From Actinomycetota bacterium (GTDB lineage: Bacteria > Actinomycetota > UBA4738 > HRBIN12): a DNA stretch of 64,000 nucleotides. Of the stretch, positions 1 to 10,712 are shown one piece after another. Position 1 is the first letter of the stretch. Each line of letters begins with the position of its first letter. The notes beneath the pieces were generated by a model that was not told the DNA's origin, did not search any database, and saw only the letters and a program-made list of their open reading frames with translations. The stretch is taken from assembly GCA_035691205.1 (NCBI GenBank), contig DASSJM010000061.1, positions 15,932-79,931 on the forward strand. The letters are read 5' to 3'. The translations under genes were made by a program, and so were the position numbers.

Positions 1-87
1 GATCCACCGGTACTCGTTCAAGGGCCTTGCCACCGGGTACTACGACGCGCCGGCGCCGGATAGGGTGGGGGAGACGGCGGAGGGCGA

Positions 88-393
88 GTGAACCACGAAG
101 AGGACGACATCGAGCGGTTCGAGGAAGAGCGAGAGCTCGAGCTGTACCGCGAGTACCGCGACGTCCTGCCGATGTTCGCATTCGTCGTCGAGACCGAACG
201 CCGCTTCTACCTCGCGAACCAGGTCGAGGTCACGCAGAAGGGCGACGGCTGGGTGGAGGTGGTCCTCGGGGACGCGTGGGTGTGGGACATGTTCCGCCCC
301 GCGCGGTTCGTCTCCAGCGTGCGCGTGATGACCCGACGGGACGTGAACGTCGAAGAGCTCCGCCGGGACGAGACGATGACGCTGCCCAGCTGA
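88..393 (+). CDS. DUF2469 family protein (conserved actinobacterial small protein)
   Basis: The 101-aa ORF with motif ELELYREYRDV and acidic N-terminus matches the DUF2469 family that sits next to yraN/comM/dprA in actinobacteria. Third-codon-position GC is strongly biased. Confidence 0.7.
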   Translation: MNHEEDDIERFEEERELELYREYRDVLPMFAFVVETERRFYLANQVEVTQKGDGWVEVVLGDAWVWDMFRPARFVSSVRVMTRRDVNVEELRRDETMTLPS

Positions 394-403
394 CCGGTCG
401 ACG

Positions 404-2146
404 GTGACGGTCGACGGCCAGCCGAGACGGGAGCGACGGGGTCGCCTGGCCGGGTGGGTCCCTGGACTTGGCGTCGTCGCGACCTACCGGCGATCCTGGC
501 TCGGACGCGACCTCGCCGCCGGCCTCGTCCTGACCGCGTTCCTCGTTCCGGTCGGCATGGGGTACGCGGAGGCCTCGGGCCTGCCGGCGAGTACGGGCTT
601 GTACGCGACGATGGTCCCGCTGCTCGCGTACGCGATCTTCGGCCCCTCCCGGATCCTGGTGCTCGGGCCCGACTCGTCGCTCGCTCCGATGATCGCGGTG
701 ACGGTCGTGCCCCTGGCCCACGGCGACCCCGACCAGACCGTGGCGCTGGCCGGCATGCTCGCACTGTTCGTCGGGCTCCTGCTCGTCGGGGCAGGGCTGG
801 CACGCCTGGGGTACCTGACCGACCTGCTCTCGCTCCCGATCCGCTACGGGTACCTGAACGGGATCGCGTTGACGGTGATCGTGAGCCAGCTCCCGAAGGT
901 CTTCGGGTTCTCCACGGACGCAGACGGCCTCGTGCCGCAGGCGGTCGCCTTCGTCGAGGGGGTCGTGGACGGGCAGACCGTGGGCGCCGCGCTCGCGGTC
1001 GGGGCGGTCTCGATGGCCATCGTCATCGTGGGTCGCCGGTACGTACCGGGCGTGCCCGCGGTGCTCGTCGCGGTCATCGTCGGGATCGCGGCGGTCGCCG
1101 TGTTCGATCTCGGCGGCGTGGTGGACGTGGTGGGTCCCCTCCCGGAGGGGCTGCCGTCGTTCGCCGTCCCGTCCGTCGACGTCGCGGACCTCGCCACGCT
1201 CGCGGCCGCCGCGCTGTCGATCGCGCTGGTCGCCTTCGCGGACACGAGCGTGCTCTCGCGAACCTTCGCAGCGCGGCTCGGCGATGACGTCGATCCGAAC
1301 CGGGAGATGATCGCGCTCGGCCTGGCCAACGCCGCCGGCGGTCTGTTCCAGGGCTTCCCGATCTCGAGCAGCGCGTCGAGGACGCCCGTGGCCGAGTCCG
1401 CGGGAGCCCGGACACAGCTCACCGGTGTGGTCGGCGCGGTCGCGATCGCCCTGCTCCTCGTGTTCGTCCCGGGCCTGCTCCGGAACCTGCCGCAGGCGAC
1501 CCTGGGCGCGATCGTCATCGTCGCCGCGACGAGCCTCGTCGAGGTCAGGGGGGTGCGCCGCCTGTGGCGGATCCGTCCGGCCGAGTCCTGGCTCTCGCTC
1601 GTGTGCTTCCTCGGCGTCGCGCTGCTCGGGGTGATCCCCGGGATCTTCCTCGCGATCGCCCTCGCGCTGGCGCAGTTCGTGCGGCGCGCGTGGATCCCAC
1701 ACGATGCGGTGCTCGGTCGGGTCGCCGGCCTGAAGGGCTACCACGACATCACGCGGCACCCCGAGGGCCTGCAGATCCCAGGCCTCGTGCTCTACCGGTG
1801 GGACGCCCCCCTGTTCTTCGCGAACGCCGCGCGGTTCCGCGAGCGGGTGCTCCGACAGGTCCGGCATGCCGACCCGCCGGCGCGATGGGTCGTGGTGGCC
1901 GCCGAGCCGATCACGGACGTCGACGCGACCGCGGCCCGCACCCTCGCCGACCTGCTCGGCGATCTCGAGGCACGTGACGTCCGGTTCGTGTTCGCCGAGC
2001 TGAAAGGCGGGGTCTGGGACCAGCTCAAGGTCGATGGGCTCGCCGAGCGCATCGGCGAGCGGTATCGGTTCCCGACGATCGGAACGGCCGTCCACGCGTA
2101 CGTGGCTGAGACGGACACCCCCTGGGTGGATCCCAACCCCGACTGA
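404..2146 (+). CDS. SulP family inorganic anion (sulfate) transporter with C-terminal STAS domain
   Basis: The 580-aa polytopic membrane protein has an N-terminus like SulP (RRSWLGRDLAAGLVLTAFLVPVGMGYAEASGLP) and a C-terminal STAS-like region. The exact start is uncertain. Confidence 0.8.
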   Translation: MTVDGQPRRERRGRLAGWVPGLGVVATYRRSWLGRDLAAGLVLTAFLVPVGMGYAEASGLPASTGLYATMVPLLAYAIFGPSRILVLGPDSSLAPMIAVTVVPLAHGDPDQTVALAGMLALFVGLLLVGAGLARLGYLTDLLSLPIRYGYLNGIALTVIVSQLPKVFGFSTDADGLVPQAVAFVEGVVDGQTVGAALAVGAVSMAIVIVGRRYVPGVPAVLVAVIVGIAAVAVFDLGGVVDVVGPLPEGLPSFAVPSVDVADLATLAAAALSIALVAFADTSVLSRTFAARLGDDVDPNREMIALGLANAAGGLFQGFPISSSASRTPVAESAGARTQLTGVVGAVAIALLLVFVPGLLRNLPQATLGAIVIVAATSLVEVRGVRRLWRIRPAESWLSLVCFLGVALLGVIPGIFLAIALALAQFVRRAWIPHDAVLGRVAGLKGYHDITRHPEGLQIPGLVLYRWDAPLFFANAARFRERVLRQVRHADPPARWVVVAAEPITDVDATAARTLADLLGDLEARDVRFVFAELKGGVWDQLKVDGLAERIGERYRFPTIGTAVHAYVAETDTPWVDPNPD

Positions 2147-2178
2147 GGCGTGTCGGTGCGGGCGACTACCGTCGCCTC

Positions 2179-2547
2179 ATGGAAGCGTCCACGCGCGACG
2201 TTCGACCCGCCCGCGGCCGAGCCGGGGAGGATGCCGCGCTCCGCGTCTACGAGCGCCGAGGGTACGCCCTGGTCGTGCGCAACTGGCGATGCGCGATCGG
2301 CGAGCTGGACCTCGTGCTGTGCAGACGCGACACGCTCGTCGTGTGCGAGGTGAAGACGCGCAGCGGTTCCGCCTTCGGCGGGGGGTACGAGGCGGTGACG
2401 TGGTCCAAGAGGCGGAAGCTCCGACAGCTCGCGGAGGCGTTCCTGCTGGACGCTGGGGCGCGGGTCGGGGCCGTGCGGTTCGACGTTGCCAGCGTGTGGC
2501 TCGGGCCTGGCGGTGCGGACGTCGAGATATTCGAGGACGCGTTCTGA
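2179..2547 (+). CDS. yraN: YraN family (UPF0102) endonuclease-like protein
   Basis: 122 aa with the motif ELDLV...VCEVKTR..., and it sits immediately upstream of the Mg-chelatase-like ATPase as in other actinobacteria. Confidence 0.8.
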   Translation: MEASTRDVRPARGRAGEDAALRVYERRGYALVVRNWRCAIGELDLVLCRRDTLVVCEVKTRSGSAFGGGYEAVTWSKRRKLRQLAEAFLLDAGARVGAVRFDVASVWLGPGGADVEIFEDAF

Positions 2548-2612
2548 CGGACGGTTGAGGGGGAGCTCCGCGCGCCGGCCATGTCGGTGGCGCGCGCTAG
2601 GGTCGCGCGACC

Positions 2613-4145
2613 GTGTACGGGAAGGTCACCGGCGTCACCGTCGTTGGAGTGCGGGGGTATCCCGTCACCGTTGAGTCGCACGTCGGGCGGGGCCTGCCGT
2701 CCTTGACGCTCACGGGACAGCCCGGGGCGGCGATCCAGGACGCCCGCGAACGGATCCGCCCGGCGATCGAGAGCGCCAGGCTCGAGTGGCCGCTCCGCCG
2801 GGTCGTCGTGAACCTCGTCCCCGGCAACCTGCGCAAGGAGGGTCCCGGACTCGATCTCCCCGTCGCCGTGAGCGTCCTGGCGGCCACCCGGCAGGTCCCC
2901 GAGCGTCGGCTCTCCGGATGGGTGTTCGCCGGCGAGCTCTCGCTGAAGGGAGTGCTCGTCTCGACGCCGGGGGTGCTCTCGGTCGCGATCGCCGCGGAGC
3001 GCGCCGGGCTGCGCGGCGTCGTCGTCCCCGACGCCAACGCCGCCGAGGCCGGCCTCGTCGAGGGCCTCGAGGTCATCGGGGCTCCCACGCTCGCCGAGGT
3101 CGTCGCGTTCCTGCGGGGAGCGTGGCGGCCCGCACCGACGCCGGAGACCCGATCGGAGGGGGTGATCTCCCACCCCGTCGACCTGGCCGAGGTCCGCGGG
3201 CAGGCGCAGGCGCGTCGAGCGCTCGAGGTCGCGGCCGCCGGCGGGCACAACCTCCTGCTGGTCGGATCGCCGGGCGCGGGCAAGACGATGCTGGCCCGGC
3301 GGCTGCCCACCATCCTGCCCGCGATGTCCCGGGACGAGGCGCTGCAGGTCACCCAGCTGCACTCGGTGGCCGGACTCCTCGACGGGGGGCTCGTGCGCGA
3401 GCGACCGTTCCGGTCGCCGCACCACACGGTCTCGCCGGCGGCGCTGCTCGGCGGCGGGTCGACGCGTCTGCGTCCGGGCGAGATCTCGCTCGCGCACCAC
3501 GGCGTGCTGTTCCTCGACGAATTCACCGAGTTCCGCCGGGATGCGGTCGAGGGGCTGCGTCAGCCGCTCGAGGACGGCAGGGTGGTGGTCACCCGGATGA
3601 CGGGAACGGCGGAGTTCCCCGCGCGCTTCACGCTCGTGGCGGCGTCCAACCCATGCCCGTGCGGGTACCGAGGGGACGCCACCCGTCGCTGCTCGTGCCG
3701 GGACGACCGCGTATCGCTCTACTCGGGCAAGCTCTCCGGCCCGCTGCTCGATCGTGTGGACCTGCAGGTCTCGGTCCCGCGGCTCACCCGCCAGGAGCTC
3801 CTCGGCGAGGGAGCGGGAGAGGCCTCGGCGATCGTGCGCGAGCGCGTCGAGGTGGCACGGGACCGTCAGCGGCGCCGATACGCACGCATCGGCTCCCCCT
3901 GCAATGCGCAGCTCCCCGGACCGATCGTTCGGCGCGAGGCCCGGGTCTCCGGCGAGGCGCACGAGATCCTCGCCGAGGCCGTCGACCGGCACGGCCTCAC
4001 GGGTCGCGGCTTCGATCGTGCGCTGAAGGTCGCCCGGACCATCGCGGACCTGGCCGGATCGGATGACGTCGGCCCCGATCACGTCGTCGAGGCCCTGGCG
4101 TATCGTCGGACGCCACCGTCCCTCGAGCTCGAGCATGCCGGCTGA
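2613..4145 (+). CDS. comM: YifB/ComM family Mg-chelatase-like AAA+ ATPase
   Basis: 510 aa with an N-terminal Lon-like domain, a Walker A motif (GSPGAGKT), Walker B (VLFLDEF) and a C-terminal Mg-chelatase subunit ChlI-like region. Confidence 0.9.
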   Translation: MYGKVTGVTVVGVRGYPVTVESHVGRGLPSLTLTGQPGAAIQDARERIRPAIESARLEWPLRRVVVNLVPGNLRKEGPGLDLPVAVSVLAATRQVPERRLSGWVFAGELSLKGVLVSTPGVLSVAIAAERAGLRGVVVPDANAAEAGLVEGLEVIGAPTLAEVVAFLRGAWRPAPTPETRSEGVISHPVDLAEVRGQAQARRALEVAAAGGHNLLLVGSPGAGKTMLARRLPTILPAMSRDEALQVTQLHSVAGLLDGGLVRERPFRSPHHTVSPAALLGGGSTRLRPGEISLAHHGVLFLDEFTEFRRDAVEGLRQPLEDGRVVVTRMTGTAEFPARFTLVAASNPCPCGYRGDATRRCSCRDDRVSLYSGKLSGPLLDRVDLQVSVPRLTRQELLGEGAGEASAIVRERVEVARDRQRRRYARIGSPCNAQLPGPIVRREARVSGEAHEILAEAVDRHGLTGRGFDRALKVARTIADLAGSDDVGPDHVVEALAYRRTPPSLELEHAG

Positions 4146-5388
4146 GGTCTCGGATCCATCCACGGGAGCCGCGTCCGATCCCTGGCCCGCGTGGCCCGAC
4201 GGGTTCGCGGAGGCGGACCAGGACCGGCGCGCGCTCCTCGTGCTCGTCTCGCTCCGAGGTATCACGCCGCGCCGGCTCCTCGAGCTGGCCGTTCGATCCG
4301 GTACGGCCTCGGCCGCGTTGGCTGCCATCGGCCGCGGGGAGGCCGGCAGCGAGAAGGACCGGGCCTTCGCCTCCGCGCTCGACCCCGATGCGATCGCCGC
4401 GGCGGTCCGAGCCCGCGGCGCGCGGTTCGTACCCTGGGGAGATCCGGGGTATCCCGAGCAGCTCCGGTCGATCCACGACCCGCCTGCGGGGGTGTTCGTC
4501 GCCGGACCATCGCCGCCCGATGTGACGCGGGCCGTCGCCGTGGTGGGCGCGAGGCGATGCACCGAGCTCGGGCGCGAGCAGGCTCGAGAGGTGGGTCGCG
4601 GTCTCGGATCGGCGGGCGTCACCGTCGTCAGCGGCGCGGCACGCGGGATCGACGCCGCTGCGCACGAGGGCGCGCTGTCGGTGGGCGCGGCGACGCTCGC
4701 GGTGCTCGGATGCGGGCTCGACGTCGACTACCCGCCGGGGAACCGCCATCTCCTCCGCCGGATCCGGGCGAGCGGCGGCGTCGTGAGCGAGTACGCGCCA
4801 GGGGTGCCGCCGGACCCCTGGAACTTCCCCGCCCGCAACCGGATCGTCGCCGGCCTGTGCTCCGCGACGGTGGTCATCGAGGGTGCCGACGGTAGCGGCT
4901 CGCTGATCACCGCGGAGCACGCGATGGAGTTCGGGCGCGACGTCTTCGCTGTCCCGGGACCCGTGAACAGCCCTCTCGCGGCCGTGCCGCTGCGCCTGAT
5001 CCGGGACGGCGCCACGATGATCCGGGGCGCGGCGGACCTCCTCGACGATCTGGGTCTCGAGCCGGTCGGCGAGCCGCTCGGGGGGTCCGCCGACCTGTCG
5101 GCCGCCGACCGGGAGGTGCTCGACCGGCTCGCGGGCCCCACGCTGCCGGACCGCATCGCGGCCGAGATGGGCTCGACCGTGCCCGAGGTCGTGCAGGTCC
5201 TGATGCGGCTGGAGCTGCGTGGCTTCGTGCGGAGCGTGGGCGGTCGGTACGAGTCGACGCTGAAGGCGCGGTCCGCTCAGGCTCCCCCGCGGAGCAGCCG
5301 AAGCGCCCGCGGCACGCCCGCCGTCGACACCACGCGGACCGGCACGCCCTCGCGCGCCAACATGCTCGCGACCATGGAGGAGCGGTAG
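4135..5388 (+). CDS. dprA: DNA-processing protein DprA
   Basis: Rossmann-like DprA core (GxARGIDAAAH, GTxxxFP) plus a C-terminal winged-helix region. I chose the internal ATG at 4135 (MPAEV) over the ORF-track start at 4063, because 4063 overlaps comM by about 80 nt. The ORF's 3' end overlaps a convergent gene. Confidence 0.8.
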   Translation: MPAEVSDPSTGAASDPWPAWPDGFAEADQDRRALLVLVSLRGITPRRLLELAVRSGTASAALAAIGRGEAGSEKDRAFASALDPDAIAAAVRARGARFVPWGDPGYPEQLRSIHDPPAGVFVAGPSPPDVTRAVAVVGARRCTELGREQAREVGRGLGSAGVTVVSGAARGIDAAAHEGALSVGAATLAVLGCGLDVDYPPGNRHLLRRIRASGGVVSEYAPGVPPDPWNFPARNRIVAGLCSATVVIEGADGSGSLITAEHAMEFGRDVFAVPGPVNSPLAAVPLRLIRDGATMIRGAADLLDDLGLEPVGEPLGGSADLSAADREVLDRLAGPTLPDRIAAEMGSTVPEVVQVLMRLELRGFVRSVGGRYESTLKARSAQAPPRSSRSARGTPAVDTTRTGTPSRANMLATMEER

Positions 5389-6644
5389 CCGCTCGCGCAG
5401 ACGATCGTAGAGCGCACGGAGCGCGAGAAGGCGTCGGCCGAGTCGGGGACGTCTCCGACGAAGACGTGCCGGGATCCCTCGAGGTGGCCGGCGTCCCACT
5501 CCGTCTTCTGGCGCACGTCGACGACGTCCCCGGCCTCCCCGCGCCCGATCTCCGCCACGAGCTGCTCGACACCGATCGCGGGGTACGAGGCGGTCTCCCG
5601 GCCCGACGCCGCCCAGGTCGCGACCCCGCCCTCGAGGTGGCCGAGCACCGGATCCCACCCGATCCGGTGCAGCTGGGTCGAGGCCTCCACGAGCCCCTCG
5701 TGCGACTCCACCAGGAGGACGATCGGAGTGGCGAACGGGAGCAGCCACCCGACGTACGCCGCGAACGAGGGTTCGAGCGGGACGTTCAGCGAGCCCGGCA
5801 CGTGGGCGCCCGCGAAGTGGGAGCCGTTCCGCGTGTCCACGAGCCAGGCGCCGCCGGCGAGCGCCGCCGCCGCGTCGTCCACCGTCATCGCCGCCGGGAT
5901 CGGGACGGCGCCGAACACGGGCGGCCCGGCGCGGTTGATCGGCGCCATGTGCGCGTAGTAGTCCGGGTACGCCACCAGGCCGGCCAGCTGCTGCCGCACG
6001 AACGCCTCCTCGTCCAGGTCGGCCAGGGCCGGGTTCAGGTGTCGTTCGTCGCCGAGCGTGGAGGTGCGTTCGCTGCTGGGCGGCGCGCTCGCGCAGAAGC
6101 TTCCGGCGCCGTGGGTCGGCAGGAGCAGGACCTGGTCCGGGAGCGCGGAGAGCCGACGCATGGTCCGGAACTGGAGACGCGTGAGCTCGTCGGCGCGCTC
6201 GGGGCCGAGCAGGTCCGTCCGTCCGGCGCTCCCGACGATCAGGCTTCCTCCCGAGAACAGTGCGACGCCCTCGCCATCGAAGTCCCGCAACAGGTAGGAC
6301 GTGTGCTCGGGCGTGTGACCGGGCGTGGCGAGCGCCTCGAGGCTCCCGTCGCCGATCGAGATCCGCGTCCCGTCCTCAACCGGCGTCGTCGGGAAGGCGT
6401 AGCCGCCGGTCGCCGGAGCCAGGATCTCGGCGCCGGTCGCCACCCGGAGCTCCCCCGCCCCGGAGACGTAGTCGTTGTGGACGTGCGTCTCGATGACGTA
6501 TCGGATCCGCGCGTCGCGGGACCGTGCCGTCTCGACGAACCGATCGACGTCTCGCTGTGGGTCGATGACGGCGGCCTCGTCCCCCCAGGACACCACGTAG
6601 CTGTTGTCGCCGAGCCCGGGCGTGACGAACAGGTCGAGCTCCAT
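5277..6644 (-). CDS. MBL-fold metallo-hydrolase fused to two rhodanese domains (persulfide dioxygenase / sulfurtransferase-like)
   Basis: N-terminal MBL motif HVHNDYVSG...TPGHTPEH, followed by two rhodanese modules, the second with an active-site Cys loop (CASGYRS). I chose the internal ATG (MELDLF) because upstream of it the ORF is Arg/Pro-rich and looks non-coding. Confidence 0.75.
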   Translation of the reverse strand: MELDLFVTPGLGDNSYVVSWGDEAAVIDPQRDVDRFVETARSRDARIRYVIETHVHNDYVSGAGELRVATGAEILAPATGGYAFPTTPVEDGTRISIGDGSLEALATPGHTPEHTSYLLRDFDGEGVALFSGGSLIVGSAGRTDLLGPERADELTRLQFRTMRRLSALPDQVLLLPTHGAGSFCASAPPSSERTSTLGDERHLNPALADLDEEAFVRQQLAGLVAYPDYYAHMAPINRAGPPVFGAVPIPAAMTVDDAAAALAGGAWLVDTRNGSHFAGAHVPGSLNVPLEPSFAAYVGWLLPFATPIVLLVESHEGLVEASTQLHRIGWDPVLGHLEGGVATWAASGRETASYPAIGVEQLVAEIGRGEAGDVVDVRQKTEWDAGHLEGSRHVFVGDVPDSADAFSRSVRSTIVCASGYRSSMVASMLAREGVPVRVVSTAGVPRALRLLRGGA

Positions 6645-6722
6645 CCGCGCATCGTACGCTCGCCCCTTGCTTGAATGGCACCCGTCGCGTTGGTACAAGG
6701 TCGGAACCGAACCGGGAGGATC

Positions 6723-7655
6723 ATGACCGCCCGCGAGCTTCCCCCGACCGACGCAGCCCTGATCGAGGGCTTCGTCGACCATCTCAGACTCGAGCGGCAT
6801 CTCGCCGCCGCCACGGTCGAGGCCTACCGCCGCGATCTCACGCAGCTCGGGACGTTCCTGTCTCGGACGCGCCGCGGCCTGCGGGGAGCCGACCTCGATG
6901 ACCTCCGTCGGTTCCTCGCGCAGCTCACGACCCTCGGTTACGCGCGCGCGTCGATCGCCCGGCGGGTCGGGGCCATCCACACCTTCTATCGGTGGGCCCT
7001 GTCCACCGGGGAGGTCGATCGAGACCCCGCCCTGTTGCTCGGCAGGCCGAAGGTGATCTCACGTCTGCCGACCGTCCTGCGGGTTCCCGAGGCCGCGGCG
7101 CTGGTCGAGGCCCCATCCGCGGCGTCGGGCGTCGCCGACCTCGATCGGGCCGTTGCGCTCCGTGACCGGGCGATCCTGGAGCTCATGTACGGATCGGGGC
7201 TGCGCGTCTCCGAGGTCGCCGGCCTCACGCCGGACCGCGTGGACATCCGGCGAGGACGGGTGCTCGTGCTCGGGAAGGGCTCGAAGGAACGCGATGTGCC
7301 GATGTCCGATCCAGCACGGTTCGCGCTCGCCGAGTGGATCGCGCTGGGGCGCCCGCTGATGCTGCCCGAGGGCGGGGCCGAGGCTCTCTTCCTCAACCGC
7401 CGATCCCGGCCGATCGGACCGCGCGACGTTCGACGCCTTGTGGGACGATACGGAGGCTCCACGCTTGCCGGCCGCCGGGTGACCCCGCACACGCTGCGCC
7501 ACTCGTTCGCCACGCACCTGCTCGAGGGAGGAGCCGACATCAGGGTCGTCCAGGAGCTGCTGGGCCACGCGAGCGTGGCGACCACCCAGCGGTACACGCA
7601 CGTCACCCGCTCACGCCTGTTCGAGGCGTACGAGCGGAGCCATCCGAGGGCCTGA
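6723..7655 (+). CDS. xerC: Tyrosine recombinase XerC
   Basis: Catalytic signature [39 protein letters not shown] with an N-terminal SAM-like domain. A GGAGGA ribosome-binding site precedes the internal ATG at 6723. Confidence 0.9.
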   Translation: MTARELPPTDAALIEGFVDHLRLERHLAAATVEAYRRDLTQLGTFLSRTRRGLRGADLDDLRRFLAQLTTLGYARASIARRVGAIHTFYRWALSTGEVDRDPALLLGRPKVISRLPTVLRVPEAAALVEAPSAASGVADLDRAVALRDRAILELMYGSGLRVSEVAGLTPDRVDIRRGRVLVLGKGSKERDVPMSDPARFALAEWIALGRPLMLPEGGAEALFLNRRSRPIGPRDVRRLVGRYGGSTLAGRRVTPHTLRHSFATHLLEGGADIRVVQELLGHASVATTQRYTHVTRSRLFEAYERSHPRA

Positions 7656-8524
7656 TGGCGCGCGCGAAGACCGAGCCCGCCAAGGAGCTCAAGGCCAAGC
7701 GGACCTCGCGAGCCAAGCCGGAGGAAGAGGGACCTTCGCCCGAACGGGCCCCGATCGACGAGCGCGCCCTGGAACTCTCGCGCCTGTGGGACGAGTACAA
7801 GGGTGCCGGCGGCACCGACGAGGTCCGCGATCGCCTGATCCTGCATTACGCGCCGCTCGTGAAGTACGTCGCGAGCCGCGTCGCGACCGGCCTGCCCGCC
7901 AGCGTGGAGCAGGCCGACCTGGTGTCGTACGGGATGTTCGGCCTGATCGACGCGCTCGAGAAGTTCGACCCGGCTCGGGGCAACAAGTTCGAGACCTACG
8001 CGATCCCCCGGATCAAGGGCGCGATCATCGACGAGCTGCGGGCGATGGACTGGGTCCCGCGCTCGGTCCGTTACAAGGCGCGCGAGATCGAGAGGGCCCA
8101 CACGGACCTCGAGACCCAGCTCAAGCGCGCGCCCACCGAGAACGAGCTCGCGGGTCGCCTCGGGATGTCGCTCCGCGAGCTGCACGACGTCGTCAACCAG
8201 ATCTCCTTCGTGCAGGTCCTGCAGCTGGACGAGATCCTCGCGGTGGGCGGGGATCGCGGGGAGCAGGTCTCGCTGATGGACACGCTGGCCGATCGCACGG
8301 TGGATCCGACGACCGGCCTCGAGGGCCAGGCGACGCGGGGCTTGCTCTCGGCGGCGATCAACTCGCTATCCGAGCGCGAGAAGATCGTCGTCACCCTCTA
8401 CTACTTCGAGGGCCTCACCCTCGCGGAGATCGGCGACGTCCTCGGCGTCACCGAATCGCGCATCTGCCAGATCCACACGAAGGCCGTCGGACAGCTCCGG
8501 CTCCAGCTGGCCGAGAACGAGTAG
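7655..8524 (+). CDS. whiG: FliA/WhiG family RNA polymerase sigma factor (sigma-28 type)
   Basis: 289 aa with sigma regions 2, 3 and 4 ([15 protein letters not shown]...; [15 protein letters not shown]; region 4 [24 protein letters not shown]). The start overlaps the xerC stop (TGATG). The whiG symbol is by analogy to the Streptomyces locus near rpsB. Confidence 0.8.
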   Translation: MARAKTEPAKELKAKRTSRAKPEEEGPSPERAPIDERALELSRLWDEYKGAGGTDEVRDRLILHYAPLVKYVASRVATGLPASVEQADLVSYGMFGLIDALEKFDPARGNKFETYAIPRIKGAIIDELRAMDWVPRSVRYKAREIERAHTDLETQLKRAPTENELAGRLGMSLRELHDVVNQISFVQVLQLDEILAVGGDRGEQVSLMDTLADRTVDPTTGLEGQATRGLLSAAINSLSEREKIVVTLYYFEGLTLAEIGDVLGVTESRICQIHTKAVGQLRLQLAENE

Positions 8525-8608
8525 TCGCTCGCGGCCGTGAGGTGCGTCACAGCCCGCCGCGACGTTAGGGACTAGGCTCCGGGCCGGTTCGACGATGGAG
8601 GTGACGAC

Positions 8609-9166
8609 GTGCTACACCACGCGCTCGCCCTCCCCCTCGCCCTGCTGCTTGCCGGCCCCGGCACGGCCGGCCCCGGTGCTTCCGACCTGCCGGTGCCGGC
8701 CGTCACGGCGGCGCTGCCTCCGGGGACGTGGTCGTGGCCCGTGCACGGTCCGGTCCTTCGTGGCTTCGACCCGCCCGAGTCGCCCTTCGGCGCCGGCCAT
8801 CGGGGCATCGACATCGCGGTTCCCATCGGGACCGTGGTGCGCGCCCCGGAGGGGGCGGTCGTTGCGTTCGCCGGCAAGGTCGGAGGACACCTGTTCGTGA
8901 CGCTGGACCACGGCGGCGAGCTCACGAGCACGTACTCCTGGCTCGCCGCCGTGCAGGTCCGCAAGGGCGACGTGCTCGCTCGAGGTCAGGCCTTCGCCAC
9001 CAGCGGACCCGGTCACCCGGGGTCGGTCGTTCCGCACCTGCACCTCGGGGTGAGGCTGGCGGGCGCGTACGTGGATCCGCTCCTGTACCTCGAGCCCGTG
9101 GGGGTCCAGGATCTCATCCGGCTGGCGCCGCTCATCGGTTCGGAGGTCGTGGCGCCGGCCGCGTGA
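8609..9166 (+). CDS. M23 family metallopeptidase (LytM domain), secreted
   Basis: An N-terminal signal peptide, then HRGIDIA...HLHLGVR, characteristic of the M23/LytM Zn site. Confidence 0.75.
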   Translation: MLHHALALPLALLLAGPGTAGPGASDLPVPAVTAALPPGTWSWPVHGPVLRGFDPPESPFGAGHRGIDIAVPIGTVVRAPEGAVVAFAGKVGGHLFVTLDHGGELTSTYSWLAAVQVRKGDVLARGQAFATSGPGHPGSVVPHLHLGVRLAGAYVDPLLYLEPVGVQDLIRLAPLIGSEVVAPAA

Positions 9167-9173
9167 GTACGAT

Positions 9174-10712
9174 GTGCGGCCCCGGCACCCGGAGGAGCTC
9201 CTGTCACCCACCCCGAACCGCCCGTCGTCGCGCGCCGCCCTCGCGGCCGGGCTGACGATCCTCGTGCTCGCGGCCGTCGCTCCCGGGGCGATCGCGCAGG
9301 AGGCGGACGCCACGTGGCCCCAGTACCAAGGCGGTGCCGCGCACCCCGGGGCGCTCGCGGAGGGACCGCAGCCGCCCTTCCGCGTGCGCTGGATGCTCCC
9401 GGCCCCCGCCGGCGAGGCCCTGTCCGCGGCGATCGTCGTCGGCGACCGGGCGATCTCCGTCGGGAGCGAGGCCGTGTACGCCATCGATCTGCAGACCGGC
9501 GTGGAGGAGACGATCGCGGCGCGCTCGGGTGGACCGCTGTCGGTGCCGGCGTTCGCGACCGTGGGCTCGACCCCGATGGTCCTGTACCTGGAGGGGCCGG
9601 AGGCGTCGGGGGCCGGGGCGTCGCCCACCCCATCGGGGACACCCTCTCCGACCCAAGCGACGACGACCTCGCCCGGAAGCGAGGCGGTCGGGCCGGACGA
9701 GGAGGTGCCTGCTTCCTTCTTGGTCGCGGTGTCGCTCGAGGACCGCTCCGAGCTCTGGCGGGTGCCGTTCGGGGCGACCACCCGCAGCGGGGTCACGGTG
9801 GACGGCGGAACCGCCTACGTCGGCGATCAGCAGCGGCACGTCGTCGCCATCGCGCTCGAGGACGGATCCGTCGTATGGACGGCCGATGTCCCCGGGCGCG
9901 TCGACGCGCCGGTCGCCGTCGCCGACGGCCGTGTCTACGTCGTCGCCCGAGACGGTGCGGCCGGGCAGGCCACGATCGTCGCGCTCGACGCCGCGACGGG
10001 GGAGCGCGCCTGGGCCGTCGTGCCGCAGGCGACGTCGACCCTGGCGTCGGCGCCGTCGGCGGGCGGGGGATCCGTCTTCGTGGGTGCCGCCGACCGCCTC
10101 GTGCGGTCCCTGGCGCCCGAGGACGGCGCCGAGCGCTGGACGTCCCTCGTCCTCTCGTTCTTCACGCCGTTCACCGCGCTCGCCGTCGCCGAGGGGGCGG
10201 TGTACGCCGCGGACGTCACCGCGGGGCTCTATCGACTGGACGCGGCCGATGGGCGTCGGCGATGGGGCTTCCAGCTGAACGACCGCGTCATCCGCAGCGC
10301 GCCGGTCGTCTCGGGTTCGACGGTCCTGTTGGGCCTGAACGACGGCCGCCTCGTCGCGATCGACACGGACTCTGGGCATCTCGTGTGGGAGTCCGAGGCC
10401 TCACCGGGGCTCGTCGGGACGATCGCGCTGGGAACGGACGTGGTGGTCGCCGTCAAGGGCGGCCGGGACGCCGGGCTGATCGCGTTCGAGCATGACCCCG
10501 ACGGCGCGCTCGTCGATGTCCCCTCGCCGACCGAGTTGGACGCTGGCACCACGTTCTCCCGCTACGGCATCGCGGCGGCGATCGTCCTCATCCTGGCGCT
10601 GATCCCGGGGATCGCGCTGCGGCGACGGCTGGGTCCGGTCGACCTGACGGGCGGCGTCGACCTGGACGACGAGGAACCGGCGGGCGGAACCGATGAGGGG
10701 GTCGAGGGGTGA
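9174..10712 (+). CDS. PQQ-like beta-propeller repeat protein (BamB-like), secreted with C-terminal TM anchor
   Basis: A signal peptide, repeated ...VYA.D..TG...W motifs typical of PQQ/BamB propeller blades, a central low-complexity P/S/T linker, and a C-terminal hydrophobic helix. Confidence 0.65.
   Translation: MRPRHPEELLSPTPNRPSSRAALAAGLTILVLAAVAPGAIAQEADATWPQYQGGAAHPGALAEGPQPPFRVRWMLPAPAGEALSAAIVVGDRAISVGSEAVYAIDLQTGVEETIAARSGGPLSVPAFATVGSTPMVLYLEGPEASGAGASPTPSGTPSPTQATTTSPGSEAVGPDEEVPASFLVAVSLEDRSELWRVPFGATTRSGVTVDGGTAYVGDQQRHVVAIALEDGSVVWTADVPGRVDAPVAVADGRVYVVARDGAAGQATIVALDAATGERAWAVVPQATSTLASAPSAGGGSVFVGAADRLVRSLAPEDGAERWTSLVLSFFTPFTALAVAEGAVYAADVTAGLYRLDAADGRRRWGFQLNDRVIRSAPVVSGSTVLLGLNDGRLVAIDTDSGHLVWESEASPGLVGTIALGTDVVVAVKGGRDAGLIAFEHDPDGALVDVPSPTELDAGTTFSRYGIAAAIVLILALIPGIALRRRLGPVDLTGGVDLDDEEPAGGTDEGVEG

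Noticed and set aside
6723-7655. Tyrosine recombinase as a possible integrase of a mobile element
   Set aside because: The XerC signature and conserved chromosomal context support a dif recombinase. I saw no flanking attachment-site repeats, tRNA or phage genes.
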